DNA from: a virus
Lineage: Duplodnaviria > Caudoviricetes
Virus record (IMG/VR): IMGVR_UViG_3300008255_000259
Span: 1 to 36,705 of that record
Length of the DNA stretch: 36,705 bases
Strand: one strand, 5' to 3'
A program made the position numbers and the translations under genes. Positions 33,706 to 36,705 of the stretch are shown in pieces. The notes under the pieces were generated by a model, which worked only from the letters and a program-made list of their open reading frames with translations, was not told where the DNA came from and did not search any database. How positions within the stretch are numbered: the stretch's first letter is position 1; the number at the start of each line of letters is the position of its first letter.

Positions 33706-33918
33706 ATGGCAATTTATTTGATCACACGAGACGGCGCGCCAGACGATGAAAAGCCGCGCATTGTTGAGGCGCGCACCAAGCCCGCAGCAATTTCCCTTGT
33801 CGCAAAGGATATGTTTGCGGCAGAAGTCATGTCCACCAAGGAAGCAATGGCTTGGGCTGCACAAGGCGTCGAACTTGAAGAGATTGACGCTACGAAGAAT
33901 GCACCGTCAGCGGAATAA
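33706..33918 (+). CDS. Small phage protein (MAIYLIT..PRIVEART..A)
   Basis: AAGG RBS; recurrent small phage fold pattern. Confidence 0.7.
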   Translation: MAIYLITRDGAPDDEKPRIVEARTKPAAISLVAKDMFAAEVMSTKEAMAWAAQGVELEEIDATKNAPSAE

Positions 33919-34075
33919 AACTTGGCCGTTCGCGGCAAGCGCGCTTGGTATATGTGCGAGAAGAATATGCCCGCATCAGCAGGAAGGCTTTCAGCGCCTT
34001 ACCAGTTGCTCGATCATGCGCGGGGGATGCAGGTTGCCGGGGAAGCCGCATCCCCCAACCCACAAGGAGGAAGCA

Positions 34076-34378
34076 GTGTATAGCAATTGGCCAGCAGCCG
34101 CGCGTGAGGAAATCGCGCGCGCAACAGCGCACCTTGCGCCAGACGCAAGCCTACAAGAGCGCAAAACAGCGCTTCGCGGAGTAGGACCAGACTTCCACGG
34201 CTACACTTCACATGGGAAAAAAGTATGGTCCAGAGAATGCCGCAAATACTATGAGCGCCACGGCCAGCCACCACGCACGCCGGATCAGGCTCAAGGCAAG
34301 ATTGGCGACAAAATCAGAGACGCGGTGAAGACGGGCGAAATTTGTTTTTCCTTCAAGGCCGAAGATCATGGCTCTTAG
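34076..34378 (+). CDS. Hypothetical protein
   Basis: AAGGAGG RBS before GTG 34076. Confidence 0.7.
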   Translation: MYSNWPAAAREEIARATAHLAPDASLQERKTALRGVGPDFHGYTSHGKKVWSRECRKYYERHGQPPRTPDQAQGKIGDKIRDAVKTGEICFSFKAEDHGS

Positions 34379-34628
34379 TGTTGCGCAAGTGGTGCGGCTA
34401 AATGCTTTGCGCCAAGACCGCAGACGCATCGAAAAACGAATGCAAAATTATGCAGCTCGATATGACAAATATCGAGACGCACAACACCAAGCCGAATTGG
34501 CACATGAAGGGGTGAGGGCTGTCAGAGCGCGACGATTGATGAACGAATTTCGGATTATGCAGGTCAATTGCGAAATTGAATTGAGCGCAGTTATTAGTGA
34601 AACCCGACGATTGGAAAATATGCGATGA
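34368..34628 (+). CDS. Basic coiled-coil hypothetical protein
   Basis: Overlaps previous stop; R/E-rich. Confidence 0.6.
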   Translation: MALSVAQVVRLNALRQDRRRIEKRMQNYAARYDKYRDAQHQAELAHEGVRAVRARRLMNEFRIMQVNCEIELSAVISETRRLENMR

Positions 34629-34740
34629 ACCCGATGTGCGCCCACAAGGAAACCGGCTTTTCACACAGCCAGCGCGGAACGCGATACACGCGCTGCATTG
34701 ATTGCGGCGCGACGTTCGCGCACAAAGAAGCTCAAGTTAA

Positions 34741-35094
34741 TCAATTGCCGCTTGGCAGACCCGCCCAATAGTCTCGCCAGAATTGCGCATTGTTCGCACA
34801 GACGAACAGCCGTCCCTCAATCAGCACGATATAGCCCGACACGATCCGGTTGCGATCCAGCACGGAGGCAATATAAGCCTCATGCTCTTGCCGCGCTTGC
34901 TCGACAGTCTGCACCGCGCGCCAATCAATGACATAGGCCGGAGGGATTGCAGGCCGCGCTTCCGGCACAGTCTCGCAGACCATGCGCCCAGGATTGTCCA
35001 AATCAGGTCGAAGCGGCTGCGTTTGCGGAACCGTTTCACACGCCGCCAGGAAACAAAACGTCGAAAGGGTCAGAGCCAGCATCAATTGCTTCAT
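34741..35094 (-). CDS. o-spanin (Rz1-like lipoprotein)
   Basis: Signal peptide with lipobox LAAC; Pro-rich; overlaps the i-spanin 3' end. Confidence 0.75.
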   Translation of the reverse strand: MKQLMLALTLSTFCFLAACETVPQTQPLRPDLDNPGRMVCETVPEARPAIPPAYVIDWRAVQTVEQARQEHEAYIASVLDRNRIVSGYIVLIEGRLFVCANNAQFWRDYWAGLPSGN

Positions 35095-35350
35095 CAATAC
35101 GTTCCTTTTCCTCTTGCAGTTGCTCTGCAAAATCATTTTCGCGCGCTTGCGCCTTTGTTTCAGCCGTGACTGCGCTACGACGACTTTCTTGTTCCAGCTC
35201 TTTCGCGGCAGCGATCCAGCGCGCGTTTACCTTTTCTTCGCGACCATCGGCGCGCATTTGACCATAAAACAGAAAAGCGCCGAGAATGGCCGATACAAGC
35301 GTAATCCACTTCCAAGGCAGAGACGAGAAGGTAAGAGCAGAGAGAGCCAT
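35036..35350 (-). CDS. i-spanin (Rz-like)
   Basis: N-terminal TM segment plus coiled coil; overlapping lipoprotein gene. Confidence 0.75.
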   Translation of the reverse strand: MALSALTFSSLPWKWITLVSAILGAFLFYGQMRADGREEKVNARWIAAAKELEQESRRSAVTAETKAQARENDFAEQLQEEKERIDEAIDAGSDPFDVLFPGGV

Positions 35351-35364
35351 AAACACAATCCTAT

Positions 35365-35393
35365 TTGACACAGCGTAACTTGGGCATTAAAGG
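35365..35393 (+). promoter_or_regulatory. sigma70-like promoter for the accessory island
   Basis: TTGACA-N17-TAAAGG. Confidence 0.65.
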
Positions 35394-35428
35394 TCAAGAT
35401 TGGATGACAGAAGCGAGGAATTTATACC

Positions 35429-35755
35429 ATGAAGGTCAGACAATGCCAATGGTGCGGCTGCGAGTTTCAAACGAAGCACCCGGCAAAGCTCTATTGTTCG
35501 CCGGAATGCCGCAACACGTTGGGCAATTTTATGGGCGTTGTTGGTAAGCGTATCGCAGCCGATGCTATGGCATGGCGCAGGGCGCAGGGATCAGTCAAAG
35601 ATGGCGGGGCCGACGCGCTGAAGCGCATGGTGCGCTTGCTTGATGAGGCAAACGCGGAATTTCGAGACGTGCGCCCAAAAGGTGCTCCGACAATCAACGA
35701 ATATGTTCAAGCCGTCGAAAGGCCAAATGGGATCAGGCGAGGCATGGACAGATGA
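35429..35755 (+). CDS. Zn-finger protein (CQWC..YCSPEC)
   Basis: GAGG RBS; four-Cys motif. Confidence 0.75.
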   Translation: MKVRQCQWCGCEFQTKHPAKLYCSPECRNTLGNFMGVVGKRIAADAMAWRRAQGSVKDGGADALKRMVRLLDEANAEFRDVRPKGAPTINEYVQAVERPNGIRRGMDR

Positions 35756-35795
35756 GTAACGCCAATCCGGCCCTGTATGCACTGGAAGGAATTTT

Positions 35796-36020
35796 GTGAT
35801 GACCCCGACACCCGAAAAACTGTTTGACATGAGCGACACGTCTGATGTGAGCGATCTGGTGGAAATGAAAGCGCGGAAGATTTTGGCTGAGGCTTACGAA
35901 GAAGTTGGGTTTCCTGCATTTGCTAAACAAGCGCGCTTCGGTAAGCGTGATCCCGAAATCAAAGCTGTCAAGCGCGCCCTGCTGATTGATCCCAAGAGCA
36001 TTGGGGAGGGGGAGGGATGA
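35796..36020 (+). CDS. Hypothetical protein
   Basis: AAGGA RBS; coupled to next gene. Confidence 0.6.
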   Translation: MMTPTPEKLFDMSDTSDVSDLVEMKARKILAEAYEEVGFPAFAKQARFGKRDPEIKAVKRALLIDPKSIGEGEG

Positions 36021-36151
36021 CCAACAAACAAACCCGCTGCGGCCTGTCGTTTTTTCACTGGTCAGACGTGTTGCTCTGGCCGCTGTATTTCCTGGTGGCC
36101 TTGCTGATCGTGTCTGCAAAGCCGCCCTATGACCCGGAGGATAGAGGATGA
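36017..36151 (+). CDS. 44-aa membrane peptide (MTNKQTRCGL...LLWPLYFLVALLIVSAK...)
   Basis: Manually translated; GGAGG RBS; ATGA overlaps at both ends. Confidence 0.6.
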   Translation: MTNKQTRCGLSFFHWSDVLLWPLYFLVALLIVSAKPPYDPEDRG

Positions 36152-36549
36152 CCATCGACAAAAGCAAGTGGCCAGACGGCCCGTGGCAGAATGAGCCGGA
36201 TGAGCTTGAATGGATCGACGAGGCGACGGAGCTAGTGTGCCGGATCAAAAGAAACAGCCTTGGTGCGCTCATCGGTTACGTCTCCCTGCCAAGCAGTCAC
36301 CCGTGGTTCGGCAAGGATTATCAGAAAATTGGTGCTGGCGGTCATCGAGGGCTTACTTATTCCAGACTTGAGGCGGCAGATGATGGCGCTCAAATCTATT
36401 GGGTGGGTTTTCACTGCGCCCATTATAATGACTTCTACCCTTGGAAAGCATTCCCCGACGAAAGCGATGTTTACCGCACCATCGACTACGTGAAAGCCGA
36501 GTGCGCCCGCCTCGCTGCACAAGCCCACAAAGCATTGGAGGACGCATGA
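36148..36549 (+). CDS. Conserved phage hypothetical protein (GPW.NEPD..GYV..HP..GLTYS..GFHCAH)
   Basis: Motif set of a widespread uncharacterised phage family. Confidence 0.8.
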   Translation: MTIDKSKWPDGPWQNEPDELEWIDEATELVCRIKRNSLGALIGYVSLPSSHPWFGKDYQKIGAGGHRGLTYSRLEAADDGAQIYWVGFHCAHYNDFYPWKAFPDESDVYRTIDYVKAECARLAAQAHKALEDA

Positions 36550-36558
36550 CCGATCCCG
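36537..36558 (+). repeat. 22-bp direct repeat A, copy 1
   Basis: GGAGGACGCATGACCGATCCCG, identical to 141-162. Confidence 0.95.
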
Positions 36559-36632
36559 ACGAAACCACATCAAACCACAACGCGGCAGAAGCCGAAGCTT
36601 CAATCAAGGGCTTCGAGGTGTTCAATGCCTGA
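36546..36632 (+). CDS. 28-aa peptide (MTDPDETTSNHNAAEAEASIKGFEVFNA)
   Basis: GGAGG RBS and ATGA overlap; possibly a remnant. Confidence 0.4.
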   Translation: MTDPDETTSNHNAAEAEASIKGFEVFNA

Positions 36633-36705
36633 TCTTGATACTTTGACAGGCCAGTCCGGGTACGGGTCCGGGTACGGGTACGGGGACGGGGACGGGGACG
36701 GGGAC
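36625..36705 (+). CDS. 5' part of Gly-X repeat protein (MPDLDTLTGQSGYGSGYGYGDGDGDGD...), runs off the end
   Basis: GAGGTG RBS; GGG-NNC codon pairs; open to the window end and resumes at 2-37. Confidence 0.75.
   Translation, partial: MPDLDTLTGQSGYGSGYGYGDGDGDGD

Larger units (their letters stand above)
1..36705. mobile_element. Near-complete circularly permuted P22-like podovirus genome, apparently non-integrating
   Basis: Full ordered set terS-terL-portal-scaffold-coat-adaptor-tail-ejection-lysis plus replication and recombination genes; both ends lie in the same GGGNNC repeat; no host housekeeping genes. Confidence 0.93.

Noticed and set aside
35374-35392. CtrA box near the spanin/island promoter
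   Set aside because: TTAA and TTAC half-sites are 8 nt apart rather than matching TTAA-N7-TTAA.
36655-36705. Terminal GGGNNC repeats as physical terminal repeats, telomere or CRISPR
   Set aside because: They are 6-bp in-frame coding units with an RBS, start and stop, and no spacers; an assembly break in a low-complexity gene explains them better.

Overview
The window looks like an essentially complete, circularly permuted ~36.7 kb podovirus-type phage genome with P22-like head and tail genes. The contig breaks inside a (GGGNNC)n glycine-repeat gene that reads in frame across the end/start junction. The host is probably an alphaproteobacterium (GANTC looks strongly depleted by eye). Minus strand, from 29.7 kb down to 2.65 kb: Cro-like regulator, Ref/DUF968-like nuclease, YdaU initiator with iterons, TerS, TerL, portal, scaffold, coat, adaptor, a split gp10-like tail hub interleaved with fibre genes, three ejection-type proteins (one a 2131-aa multi-domain protein), endolysin, holin and an orphan OmpR-type wHTH. 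Plus strand: early genes with RecE-like exonuclease and ERF, then an accessory island running 35.4 kb through the junction to 2.64 kb, made of tiny coupled genes plus a C5-methyltransferase-like and a PAPS-reductase-like gene. I recognised no integrase, CI repressor, polymerase or tRNA. The most interesting signals are: (1) three different 22-38 bp direct-repeat pairs at gene junctions in the island, which look like excisable gene cassettes; (2) the methyltransferase/PAPS-reductase-like pair; (3) the giant ejected protein with lysozyme-like, DdrB/ParB-like and tandem RadC/JAB domains; (4) the split tail hub; (5) structured RNA leaders upstream of terS and the coat gene. All family calls come from motifs recognised by eye, with no database searches.
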